Below are positions 27,133-39,881 of a stretch of 64,000 nt of DNA, one piece after another. Position numbers and translations under genes: made by a program. Position 1 is the stretch's first letter. Each line of letters opens with the position of its first letter. Source of the stretch: Stegostoma tigrinum (Eukaryota); the NCBI RefSeq assembly GCF_030684315.1, contig NC_081390.1:5456001-5520000 (forward strand), given 5' to 3'. The notes beneath the pieces were generated by a model. The model made no database searches. It was not told the origin of the DNA and worked only from the letters and a program-made list of their open reading frames with translations.

Positions 27133-30100
27133 TTAAAGTGCACAATACAGTGAGAGCCCAGGTCTGGCTGGATTCCAATTCCAGCCTTTTTTATATGCAC
27201 TCACAAGATGTGGGCATCACCGGCTGGTCAGCATATATTGCTCATGTCTAGTTACCCTTGGGATGGTGGTCATGAGCTACCAACATTCACCACTGCAGCC
27301 CATGCGCAGTGCATCTACACACGATGCCATTGGGGAGAGAGTTCCAGTGTTTGCATGACCGACAGTGAAGGAACTGCGATATACTTCTGAGTTAGGATGG
27401 TGAGTACCTTGGAGAGGAACTCGCACTGGTGTTCTCATGTATCTGCTGCCCTTGGTCAATTTCTGCAGTGCATCTTGAGTTTCGATGTTGGAGGGTGTGG
27501 ATGTTTTAGGACATGGTGTCAGTCAGTCGGCTGCTTTTTCCTAAATGATGTCAAGCTTCTTGAGTGTTAGGAGAGCTGCACTCATCGAAGTAAATGGGGG
27601 TAACTTGGGTGAGTATTCTATCACACTGGTGCCTTGTTGGTGGGGAGGCTTTGGGGAATCAGGAGGTGAGTTACTAGCTGAAGTATTCAATGTAATTGAC
27701 TGCCTAGATGATTGTACATTAGTGTTTTGTTATGTTTGTAATCCTGTACTCAGCAGACTGCACTTGAGGTCATACAATTTCTTTTATAGTTGTATCACAA
27801 TTTACTGGTGAACTTATTTGTGTGAATGTTTTAAGGGTTTATTACGTCAGTGTGAATTATGTTATATGAGCAAATTCAGAGCTTCACAGAAATAGAGTAC
27901 GTCTAATTAAGGAATACAGCAAACAGTCTGCAAATAGCAAATTCCAACTTAACAGCACTACCCTCTTGTTATGATCAAAAAGATTTTTGGTCTTGCCACA
28001 ACCACAGGCCAGTTGCAGCCTCTCCTGCACGCTGTGTTGTTTCTTGCACACTGTTGGGAAGAATTTCAACATCCACAATGGATGGGGTAGGGAGTAAAGT
28101 TTTGAAGATCGCAAGCCTGCATCCAATGCAACCACTTGCAGTTATTAGGTCTTGATGCAACTGCAAACTGTTCCAAACCTACATTGTGTAAACAAGGCCA
28201 ATGAGGCTGCATGTCTAAAATTATCATGGACTTTTACATTTAATGGCCGTACATAGGCTTTCCAGGGCTTGGGAAAACAAACAGCTAAAGAGAAGCCAGA
28301 AATGCTCAGACATCAGCTGAGTGCCTTTTCAGCAGCCCTTGAGGAGTAGGAGCGTTTGGTCTGACACTCAAACTAATCTGAACTTGTAACTCCCCAGCAC
28401 CCCTGGCTGATCTGCCCACTCACGAGCTCTCCATCATCACTCCTCTCCGTTTCAACCAGCTCAGTCCTCCTGCTCAGCCTATCAGTTTGGCTGGGTCAGA
28501 GCAGAGGCAAGACAATGCATTTGAGATTCTGCCGTCAAGTGCAGAGCACCTGCATTTCTGTATTACCCAAACACTACCATCCTCCCGATTACCTCTCCTT
28601 AGTGATCATATGTGGGCATCTCAGGAGGAGATCTAGAGAGATATTGTCCTCCATTTGGAGAAACATAATTTTGAAAATGATCACTTGAGAATTGAGGAAT
28701 CTTACAGTGCTGCAATGTGATAGTGGCTCATGAAGATGGAAGTCTTACTTTTCGTTCTAGGATCTGTTGCCACTTTCTTAAGTATGGTCACCCTATCTCT
28801 CTGCAAAGGTTGTGCCTACTAAGCATCTCCACATTTTATTTCCAATTAGGGCAGTGCTCCAAATAGCTGCGAGTGTAACCAGAACTGAGGCTGGGAAACA
28901 GTTTCGTTCAGAGTGACATCAATACATATAAAACATTTCAGTTTTCCCAGTCCAGCAGAGAAACATTCAAAGATGTTAAGGGTGCGGTGAAAAGGACAAA
29001 TTAAGTTAGGATTCTGAGACATAAATAAAGCAAGAGCACAGGTAGCTGTGGAAGAAGCAACTGAATCCAGATCGCACACAATTTTGTGAATAATTGTTAG
29101 CAATTCCTCTAGAGTAACTAGTGTTTTTCTTTAAAATATTGTTCTGGAAAGTGCCACATATAGTGATGAAAATCAAATATCTATGATTTCTGACTATTTC
29201 CCTGCTGCTAACTATTTGAGTATGTATGACATATCAAGAGATGGAGAGAGATAACAGAAGGAAGTCCATTCTTTCAGAGTTAATGGTCTATTTTTAGCAA
29301 GTTTTCATTGTAATTGCTGTTTTTGAGATGTCAAACAAGAAAAAGCCTGAAAATCTCAGTGAGCCTGGAGAAGATGGTGAGCTGCCATGAGGCGGTAGAG
29401 AACCTGGAGCTTCTGGGATGGCCAGGTTGAAGTACTCCAGCAATGTAATTTTCAGCTGAGCAGACTCCGTTGTCATAACAAACATAGAAAGTGCTGAAGA
29501 AATTCAGCAGGTCCAGCAGCACCTGTGGAGACAGAGAAATAGGGTTAACTATTCAAGACTTTCAGTTGTTATACCCTGGCACAGACTGATTGTATTGCTA
29601 ATCATTCTCCCTCAGTTGTTGAATGGTGTTGTTGTTGTACCATGAGAGTGCTTGATCTGGGGGTGTATAATTGCTGCTGAATCTTATCTACTGTTTACTC
29701 ATTGGATGCTAAAAGTGATGGGAGTTGGGGCTTTTATCATTCAACCTGGTAATTTTGGCGTTGGTAACACTATGCATGTGGACCCCACTACCAGTGGGCT
29801 TCTCTTGGGGATGAAATCAAGCATTTGTTAAATGCAGCATTGAATTTGTGACACAGACTGAGACTCCCCTCCCGATGATCTGAACTTCACTGGATTTGAT
29901 GGGTCCATTAGCTCTTTCATGAGTGGATGTAGAGCTTTTTCCCCAAGTGGGTGCTAATACAGTCAAAATATCATATCCGAGTGGCCTCCAGAACTAAGGG
30001 TTGTTTAAGTGCTAATAAAGGAACTAAATTTGGTCTGAACCATGACTGTTACATTGTCACTGAAACAATGCCATTTTCATCCTTGGTTCTCAAAAGGCAA

Positions 30101-30542
30101 GTCCTGAATGTTTCATTAGAAACAAGGCTATCAGTTTGCAACTAAGGGTCAGAACAGGTACCTGGTGTGTTGGGTATGGTACGTACCTCAGTCCTCCCTG
30201 GTTCTCTGGAGAGATTCAGTGCTCTTTGGTGTATGTATTGTTAGTCTGCCCATTGGCATTTGATAACTGGCAATTTTGCAGAGTCTAGAGAGACTTTGAG
30301 CTTTCCCAGGGCTGAACGCAGACCTATTAGAGCAGCCTTACACAAAAAGGCACACCATTTAATCCTGCAGAATATATTATTCACTGAATTCTGGATGTTT
30401 GCCTGGAGGTGGATATGCTTCCCTCTGTAGTGATGGAGATGGGGAAACCCATTCCTCAGCAACAACTGGATTGTTCTGGAGTGTGACGTGATGCAGTTTG
30501 ATTTGAAAACTAAACTATCTTTTTAATTCTTTCCTCCCACAG

Positions 30543-30562
30543 ATCGTCAACACTACATCCAA
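30543..30562 (+). CDS. LDB3: LDB3 20-nt microexon, skeletal-type ('exon 5')
   Basis: Polypyrimidine tract plus cccacag|ATCGTCAACACTACATCCAA|gttagt. Encodes IVNTTS(N), similar to mammalian VVVNSPAN. Phase 0 to 2 joins the linker exon to the skeletal ZM exon in frame. Confidence 0.85.
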
Positions 30563-30700
30563 GTTAGTGGACTGCCATGTGGTGGTAGCGTGCGTGGCAT
30601 GATGTGATCTGTTAAAGGGCAGCATGAAGGGCACGGTGTTGCTCTGCCCTGCTGTGTTTGCTCTTTTGCGGGCATTGCTGTGCAGCATGTATGCAATTTC
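30563..30700 (+). promoter_or_regulatory. Putative intronic splicing enhancer downstream of the 20-nt microexon
   Basis: GCATG at 30597, 30622 and 30685, GCACG at 30631, several TGCT (YGCY) motifs and UG-rich sequence. Confidence 0.5.
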
Positions 30701-32279
30701 AAGCTATTTTCTCAGAGACTGAAGCTCAAACTGCTTTGCACAGTTGTTGCAGTGATGTAGCATTTCCTTTCCTCCCACTGCATAGAATCAATCAAACTTG
30801 TCCCACCCCTACCTGCCCCATCTGAAAAATGAAAATTTGAATCTGTTTTCTCGTCGGATTTCCTGAGCTCTAAGCATCAGAATTAATATTTCCAAAATCT
30901 ACTGTTCCAACTTTCAGAATCATTCCATTGGGATTGCTTTTAACATCACAAGGTGCAAGATCATCGTCAAATAGAACTTGACACATAACCAAAACAGGAG
31001 ATTTCAGTCTGGGTGCCATAAAGCTTGCTTGAATGGAATTGGGTTTTAAGGAGGTTCCACAAGAATCATCAAGGTAGACTGATTTAGGGTTGGATTTCCA
31101 GGGCCATAGTTGGAGACAGAGGACACAAGTTAGTGAAATGCACAGTTCCCAGAGGGCTGTAAGGCTGGAGAAAGCAACAAATACTGGAAGGATTCTAAAT
31201 AATTGTGCAGGGGAAATATTAAAATGCAGACATTAGTGGACTGGGAGCCACTGTAGGCTCAGGAATAATGGATGTGTGGTATGTGGAGAGCTGAATTTTG
31301 GAATTTGTAAGGTTTTGTTGCAAGAGCAGAAAGAATAGAGTGGCAGGAAAGAAAGAAAAATATTAGTGAGCAGGAAGGAACAAGCTTGAGAAAAATGAAG
31401 GGAAGATGTGATCCAAGAGACAGTGGGTTCATAGACCCATGGCTCACACATGTAACGATATACACGCATGTGTACATCTCTGTCAGTACGGGGACTGACA
31501 GAGATGTAGGCACATAAATAAGCAGAGAGAGAAAAAATGAGAAACATCAAAATACACAACAGAAGAATCAGAATTTGAAATAAAAATTTGTTGATGCTGT
31601 CAAAGTGAATCACCCTTTTGTGTATTTCCAATGTTTTTCCAAATAAATGTTTTAGATCTGAAAGAGTTTGGTCATTCGTTCCACCCTCTTCCTGGCATGT
31701 TCCCATCTCTTTACACTGGCAAGTTGAAACTAAAATCAGGGAAAATGATCAGTAAAGACAAAGGTAAAACTGATGGAAACAAACTCCTGGCTTTTTCATG
31801 TGAGATTCTAATTCCCATTTGGATACTGTGATTGATTGATTCTAAATTGTGTGAGACTGGAGATTGAACCTTTTAATTCTGTTGGCAGGACCATGGCAGA
31901 TCATGAACTATTGCCCTTTCCTCAATGTTTAAGAGATGTGTTGGAGTGAGCTCCCAGATTTCTTGGAGACAATGGTTTCCTTTATGCTCTGAAATGTCTC
32001 AGTAGAATCTGGGTCAGTTGATTCATAGTGCAAAGTTCCACTAGGCACCAAACCCTCCCTAGGAGAAGGTGATCAACAGAGGGACTTGTTACCATTGATT
32101 CAAGGTGATCTTTAGCAACAGCTGAAGAGCATTCATATGTACATGAATACATTTTCTTTAGACTTGGGATCCACTCAGCCTTGTAAGAGCTGAGCCTGTC
32201 AAGCTGGAAGTAACCTGCTCTGGATAGGCATTTGTTCCCTCCACCCTGCCCTTTCACCAAAGCCCTGGTAGTGTCTAAA

Positions 32280-32465
32280 AACCCAAAACAACTGTGGATG
32301 CTGGAAATCAAATTAAAAACAGGAATTGCTGGAAGAATTCAGCAAGTCTGGCAGCTTCTGTGGAAAGAAATCAGAATTAATGTTTCACGTCCTTCTTGTT
32401 GTCTCTGTTTTGCCTCCTCAAATGCTGTCAGACTTGGTGACTTTTTTCAGTGAATTTTTTTTTGT
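32280..32465. repeat. Old imperfect inverted-repeat element (probably Penelope-derived). Similar relics at about 21435-21560, 29480-29560 and 63255-63378.
   Basis: ggatgctggaaatc...cagcaagtctggcagcttctgtgga versus aatgctgtcagacttggtgactttttt; architecture resembles the younger 17635 and 56019 elements. Confidence 0.5.
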
Positions 32466-33539
32466 TCCTGGCTCTGTGTGTATGCTTTCAAACAGCCCTT
32501 GCTGCCTTGCTGAATAAGGATTGATCACAACTGCTTGTCAGTGCCATACTGACGTTCTGTTAGACCACTGAGGCTTATTTGCTGCTCACAGTGGAACTAT
32601 GTGTGAAATGGATGAGAATCTGATTGTCATTACAGTACCTTCCCTTGGTGGAATAGCTTGCTGACTGAGTCTGTTTCACAATTGAAAATGGCCTCAAGTA
32701 AGCGGCATTAGGAGAGAAACCTAGACCCTGAATGAGCTCATAGACTTCACTGAGTAACAACAATGTTGCCTACTGATGGGCCATTATTTGGGTTTTATAA
32801 TTAGGTGCTTACAGGGCTTTTCGAGTTAGGATAAAGGTTGAGAGAATAAACCTCGAGCTGCACTCTTTGACCCATGCTCATATTTCTCAAGACAGCTTCT
32901 GAGACGGAATCTAAAGTAATGACTCCTTTTGTATCTTCACTTCGATTAATCCATTCTAATCTGCAGGGAATCCCAGAGGCATAGGAAAATGTTCTGTTAC
33001 ATTCAGAATTAAAACCTTACGAGGAATCTAAGCTTAGGTTGAGCTGAAATAAAGCCACTTCACCTTGCACAGCTGGTTGGGAAAGAGAATATTGCATTTG
33101 TTGAAAAGCAGCTGTTTGCAGGTCAGAGCTACAGCGGTGTGGGGGGACTGCAATCCATGCTGTTTCTGATCGAGGAGTAAATGAGGCCATCATAAAGAAA
33201 GGAGTTCTTAACATTAAACAAAATAATTCACGGAGACTGTATGGTCCAATTTTATTTCACATTTAACACGTGATCTCTTCCTAGCTCATATAGTTTTATG
33301 TTGCATCAATGATTAATCTTAGGACACTGCTAAAAGAAACCCTGAACAGTCCAGCAGGAAATTCATAGGACAGTTGGAAATGGAAGTTGTAAGGTGAAAT
33401 CTTTAGGAATGCATCCACTCGGAGCTGGCAACTTTAATGTGGCCTTTACTTTTTAAAAGTTTCTAATTCCTGGATAGAGAGCATGGTCATCACTTGCCCA
33501 ATCCTCCAATAGACATAGCAGTAGAAAGAACAGACACAA

Positions 33540-34120
33540 AAGATCATAAGACCTACACATATTGCTATTTCTTTTGATCCCCTTAAGGCTGGTGTGCCCT
33601 TCAAAAGGATCATGGTTGATCTGATCTTGGCCTCAAATTCACTTCCCTAAATGTTCCCCATAACTCCTGACAGCTCTGTAACTGAAGAACTTTTCGATTG
33701 CATTCTCGACTATTTTTAATAACCCAGCCTTTTACGTAACTCTCAGTGGAAAGAAATTCCTCCTGATCTGCATCTTTAATTGGAACTTGTTTATTCTGAA
33801 ACAGTGTCCCCAGTTCTAAACTTCTTCATGATGGGTAAACTTCAAAATCTAATCTGTCAAGCCTCTTCAGAAATTTATAGCTTTCAAAACATCAGCTGTC
33901 ATTCTTCTAAATTCAAACTAGAGTCAACCCTACTTGTTAAACTTTTCCTTATAAAACCCCTCCATTCCAGGGATCAAGCTTGTGAACCTCCTTTGATCTG
34001 CTTCCAATACATGTATATCCTGCATAAATAAGGAGACCAAAACCGCACACAATGTTCTACATTGGGTGTTACCAATGCCCTCTACAAGTGTAGCAAGATA
34101 TCCCCTTCACTTTTATACTC
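33540..34120 (-). mobile_element. Old CR1 3' fragment
   Basis: Similar to other CR1 tails in the window (gatcatggttgatct..., ggagaccaaaacc..., accaatgccctctacaag). Confidence 0.6.
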
Positions 34121-34560
34121 CAAGACCAGCAGCATGGTGACAACTTCCTCACTACTATTGATCTTCCTCTTACTAAGACTCCACAAAATGAAGGCCTGTT
34201 TTACTGATGTTGTTTTGAATTGGGGTTGAATAGACAAGACCTGAGTAGATCCAGTCTATCCCTGCATACTGCATTTTAACCCCAAACAATTGCCAAGATA
34301 GTGAGAGGGAAAATAAGAATTAGTGGTTGTGTCTAATGTATACATGTATTTTTATGAAATTGGAACTGTCCACTCAGGAACTGCTGGTTTTCAATGCAGC
34401 CAAGTGTAGTCATGGCAATTCTGCACTTTGATGCTTGAAAAAATGTTGAGTGTGGGGGAAGCTCAAACATAAATATTGAAGTGGAAAAACTTCCTTAAAG
34501 CCACCCTATGACCATTGGCGGCCTTAAGCTAGATTTTTCAGTGCATACTGGTTTGTGTAG

Positions 34561-34662
34561 TGCATGCTGGGTAGAAGGATGGGTTGAGCAATGCATGTTG
34601 GGCAGAAGGATGGAGCTGTGTGCTGCATGCCGGATATTTGGAGCAGTTTTGTAGGATGCATG
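34561..34662 (+). promoter_or_regulatory. Cluster of four TGCATG (RBFOX-type) motifs
   Basis: TGCATG at 34561, 34592, 34624 and 34657, spaced 31-33 nt apart, in the intron between the skeletal-type exons. Confidence 0.55.
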
Positions 34663-35050
34663 CGGAGTCTGGTCTGATTATTGAGGGGGTTCTGTGCTAG
34701 TTCGAGATCTTCAAGCCTGGATGTGAGTTTGCTCGCTGAGCTGGAAGGTTCATTTTCAGACGTTTTGTCACCTTTTTTTGTTTGAAAAAATATACTTTAT
34801 TCATGGAATGTACAAAAAATAAAATGTTTATACACCTACCCAGTCATTCAAGCCACTCCAGGTTACCCAGGGGGTACGTACACCAACTAAAGGAGAAAAC
34901 GAAACAAAGAAGAAAAAAAACAAAGCAAAGAAAATACCCCAACAGTCGTCTCCCTGCACAGTCCCAGTTGGCCCCCTGACCAGTTGGGGAAGGTGCCAGC
35001 TGGGCCCAGTTACCAGATAGGGCTCTTGTTTCTATTCTGGACGAGGGGTT

Positions 35051-38000
35051 TCATATGGTGGTCTTTCCCCACCGCGCCTTGGCAGCGGCTGCCCCAAGCT
35101 TTAGCGCATCCCTCAGCACGTAGTCCTGGACCTTGGAGTGCGCCAGTCTGCAACACTCGGTCGGGGTCAGTTCTTTCAGCTGGCAGACCAGCAAGTTGTG
35201 GGCAGACCAAAGAGCGTCTTTCACCGCATTGATGGTCCTCCAGGCGCAGTTGATGTTGGTCTTGGCGTGCGTCCCCGGAAACAGCCCGTAGAGCATAGAG
35301 TCCCGTGTCACGGAGCTGCTCGGGACGAACCTCGACAAATACCACTGCATCCCCCTCCAGATCTCCTGCGCATAGGCACACTCCAGAAGGAGGTGATAGG
35401 CGGTCTCGCTCCCCCCCCCCCCAACCCGCCGCAGCTGCCTCGAGGGCAGCGTGCTGTGGCACTGAGATTCCGGGCATGCATAAAGGATCTCACTGGCAGA
35501 GCCCCTCTCACCGCCAGCCAAGCAATGTCCTCATGCTTGTTTGAAAGTTCTGGCAGTGAGGCATTCTGCCAAACGACTTTGGCAGTCTGCGTGGGGAACC
35601 ACACGACGGGATCCACCCTCTCCTTTTCACGAAGGGTCTCGAGGATACTACGTGCTGACCACTGCCTGATGGCCTTGTGGTCAAAGGTGTTTCCTTTCAA
35701 AAATTTCTCCACGAAGGACAGGTGGTACGGAACGGTCCAACTACTCGGAGCGTTCCGCGGCAACGAGGCCAGGCCCATCCTTCGCAACACCGGGGACAGG
35801 TAGAACCTCAGTAAGTAGTGACACTTGGTGTTTGCGTACTGAGGATCTACGCACAGCTTGATGCAGCCGCATACAAAGGTAGCCGTCAGGGCGAGGGTGG
35901 CGTTCGGTATGCCCTTTCCCAGGTCTTTGTACATGGTGTGCCTGCGGACCCGATCCATCCTCGACCCCCAAATGAAGTGGAAGATGGCCCGGGTGACCGC
36001 AGCGGCGCAGGTCCAGGGAATAGGCCAAGCCTGCACCACATACAACAGTACTGAAAGCCCCTCGCACCTGACAACCAGGTTCTTACCCGCGATGGAGAGG
36101 GATCGGAGCGTCCACCTGCCCAGCTTCTGCTTCAGTTTGGTGATACGCTCCTCCCAAGTCTTAGTGCACACCCCAGCTCCACCAAACCAAACACCCAGCA
36201 CGTGCAGGTAGTCTGTCCTGACAGTGAAGGGGATGAAGGAGCAGTCGTCCCAGTTCCCGAAGAACATGGCCTCGCTCTTAGCCCGAGGCCAGTTCAAACT
36301 GGCCGCAGATGTCCAACAGCCTACTCACCGACCAACGATCGGTGCAAAAGATGGCGACATCATCCATGTACAGGGAGGTCTTGACCTGAAGGCCTCCGCT
36401 GCCTGGGATAGTCACGCCCTTCAGGCTCACGTCTTTCCTGATGGATGCGGCGAAGTGCTCCATATAGCACACAAACAAGGCAGGAGAGAGTGGGCAGTCC
36501 TGCCTGACTCCAGATCTGACCGGAAAACTGTCTGATTCTCACCCGTTGATCGAGACTGCGCTAACGACGTATGTGTAGAGCAGCCGGATCCAATTGCAAT
36601 GCCCTCCCCGAACCCCAATTTGGAGAGGACGTCCCTCATGTAAGCATGAGAGACCCTGTCGAAGGCCTTCTCCTGGTCCAGGCTGACGAGGCAGGTGTCC
36701 ACCCTCCTGTCCTGCACATAGGCGATCGTATCCCTGATGAGCGTGAGGCTCTCAGCGATCTTCCTGCCCGGCACAGCACAGGTTTGGTCAGGGTGAATCA
36801 CCGACTCCAGGACAGGCCTGACCAGGTTGGCGATGACCTTGGCCAGGATTTTGAGGTCCACATTCAATAATGAAATGGGACGCTAATTCTTAATTTCTTC
36901 CCTCCCCCCCTTCCTCTTGTAAATGAGGGTGATGATGCCCTTCCTCATGGACTTGCACATTTCCCCTGCCCGAAGCGCACTATCGTACACCTCCAGCAGG
37001 CCCTGGCCAACCAGGTCCCACAGAACGGAATACAGCTGGTCGCTCCCGGGAGTCTTATTCCTCTCAAAGGACTTGAGGGCTCTGGTCAGCTCATCCAGGG
37101 ATATCGGCTGGTCCAGCCACTCCCTCGTGCCGTCGTCTAAGACCTCCGTGATAGATGACAGGAAGGACTTGGAGGCCGTGCTGTCCGTGGGCTTTGCGTC
37201 ATACAGTCCGGCATAGAAGAATCTGCTGATCCTCAAAATGTCGGGCCGAGACGACATCCCAAGCCATCATCCTTCTTCAGCCGGCTAAGCACAGAGCTCT
37301 CTTTGTGCACCTACTGAAAGAAGAAATGCAAGCGCGTCTTGTCCTGCTCCACGGAGCGGACCCTGGACCGGAAGATTATCCTGGAGGCCTCCGCAGCGAA
37401 GAGTGAGGCTTGCTGGCCCCTCACCTCGCGGAGGTCCTCCGTGACATCAACCCCCATCAACTGCAGAAGGAGCAGGTTCTGCATCCTTTTCTGGAGTCGC
37501 GACAGCTTTCCCCACCTCTCTCTCGCCTTCCGAACACCCTTGAGGACAAAGAACCTCTTGATATTCTCCTTCACCGTCTCCCACCAGTCGCCTGGAGACT
37601 CAGAGAGGGGTTTCACGGTTCTCCAACTGGTGTATTCCCTCTTAAGCTCCTCGACGTTCTCTGGGGTCAACAGAGTCATGTTGAGGTTCCACGTCCCCTT
37701 GCCGGCCGACTGGTCGTCCTGTAAGTGACAGTCGGCCAGCAGGAGGCAGTGGTCAGAGAAGAACACCGGCTCGATGCCGGTGGACCTGACCAAGAACGCC
37801 CATGACACAAACAGGAAGTCTATCCTTGAGCGGATAGACCCGTCTGGCCGTGACCAGGTGTATCTTCGCTGTGCTCTGACTGCAGGGGTGCTGAAGATGT
37901 CGAGCAGCTTGGCGTCCTTCACCGTGCCCATCAGGAATCTGGACATGATGTCCAGGTGACTCCCCCCACCCGCTGTTCCCACACCGGATCTTCCATCTGC

Positions 38001-38445
38001 ATTGATGATGCAGTTGAAGTCTCCGCCTAGAATGACCGGCCTGGACGTGGCCAGCAGGGGTGGAAGCTGCTGCAGGACGGCCAACCGCTCACTCCGTACC
38101 GCTGGGGCGTACACGTTGATCAGCCTCAGGGGAGCATTCCTGTAGGTGATGTCAGCCACTAGGAGGCGCCCCCCCACCACCTCCTGAACTTGAGAGATGG
38201 TGAAGTTGCGCCCCTGCAGCAGAATAGCCAGGCTCGAGGAGCGACAGTCATTACCCCCCCGACCAGATTGAAGGCCCACAGGTCCAGGCGCCGGACCATT
38301 TCCCGTACCTGCTGAGGTGTGGTATCCTGCACTCCTGAAGAAACAGGAGGACTGCCTTGACTGTGGTCAGGTAGGCCAACGTGGACACACATCTTGTGGT
38401 GGACTTGACGCTGCGCACATTAATGCTCACAACTTGTACCTCCAT
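35051..38445 (-). pseudogene. Tx1 ORF2 (APE endonuclease plus reverse transcriptase), disrupted by frameshifts and stops
   Basis: APE motifs: SINVRS, LQE, INVYAP, GGDFNC, SRIDFLF, FSDH. RT motifs: KILAKVIA, SLDQEKAFDRVSH, LYMDDV. C-terminal ETAYHLLLEC; ends RWGKTTI*. Confidence 0.9.
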
Positions 38446-39881
38446 TGTGGGCAGTGACCGCAGTACCCTCCCCAAGTCCAAGGTCTAGCCCCTCCATCTG
38501 TCCCTTCATGCCCATTGCCCGGGCTAACTGCTGGACGCTGTCCGGGCTCAGGGAACCGTCCGTGCTGCCTTCCGAGTGGCATCCCCCCGTTGCGGGTACG
38601 GAGGCAGGAGAGTCCAGCTCTGGGTCAGGCTGGGGACACGCTGTTTCCTGCTTTCCGCTTGAAGGTTCTGGGGGGCCATCCGGGGCCCCAGCGGCATGTG
38701 GCTGGGTGTCGGAGGGAGCCTCAGGACGCCTCCCGTCACCTGGAAGCGGGGTGCTGCTTTCCCTCTCCCTTGAGATCTTTAGCTTCTGCTTTGGGCGGGC
38801 CTCCTCCGAATCCCCCTCGTCAAAAGAGCTCTTATAGCCCCCCTGTAGCTGCCTCTTCCCGCCTGATGGTTGTGGTGCCGGGGCCCGCTGGCGCGCCTTC
38901 CTCCTCGCCCTCCAGACCGTCGTCCACTCCCCTGGGTCACCTGTCGCCTCCTCCATCGACTTTGGTTTGTCGGGGGGGAGCGGAGCCTACAGGGGCGCTT
39001 TGCTGGCCTTGGGTCCGTCCTGTGGGGCTGGGCCCTCCTGCACAACCTAGCCCTCCTGCACACTAGGGGGGTCCTTGCAGGGGCCTGGTGCCTTCCTCTC
39101 CTCCTGGGGTGGGGCGGGGGGGGGGGGGGCTTGCCCCGCATTGCCCCTGCCGGCGACCTGGGCGTAGGTGGTTCCCCGCCACGGGCATGCCCTAGCGAGG
39201 TGTCCCGCTTCCCCGCAAAGGTTGCAGCTCTTTTCTTGTGGGCAATCCTTTGCAAGGTGTCCCTCCTCCCTGCAGTTCCTGCAGATGGTGGCTTTGCAGT
39301 CGGCCGCCACGTGACCTGACCTACCACAGGCTTGGCAGACTTTGGTAGCCCTTGCTCCCGCCGATCACGAAGCTGGACGGTGGGTGTACGATATTCCCGT
39401 CTGCGCCCGTCTTCTGTGTCACCCCGACCTGCCTCTTACTGGTCCAGATCCCGAAGGGGTCCATGATGTTGGTTAGGTCCCCTTCCACCTTCACATACTT
39501 TCCGAGGAAGGTCAGGACATCAGCTGCTGGCACATGCGGGTTGTACATGTGTATAGTCACCATACGGCTCCTCTGCGCTGGCATCACGAACAGCGGGACG
39601 GCTGTCAGTACAGAGAGGGGGCCCTCACCTCCTTTCTCCTTGAAAACCTCCAGGAAGTGCTCACAAAGCTTGGCACTCCTGAAGGTTACATCGTAGAAAC
39701 CTCCTCCAGAGAAATCCTGCAGGCAGTAAATGTCCACAGCAGCAAACTCAGAACAGTCCAACAGGACCGTCTTCACGAAGAAGGTGCAGTCCACAGGTGC
39801 AACTTCATCCACCTTCTTCACGGAAACGCGGATGGTGTTCCGGACTCCCTGACCTGCGGCACAAGCACTTGCCGCAGTCAT
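38420..39881 (-). pseudogene. Tx1 ORF1 (gag-like zinc-knuckle protein), disrupted
   Basis: Starts MTAASACAAGQGVRNTIRVSV, then CRNCREEGHLAKDC and CNLCGEAGHLARAC knuckles and a low-complexity tail. Split over several ORF-track frames; overlaps the ORF2 start by 26 nt. Confidence 0.85.

Noticed and set aside
34561-34662. CRISPR-like regularly spaced repeats
   Set aside because: The repeat is only 6 nt, the spacers resemble each other, the context is a vertebrate intron and there are no cas genes.
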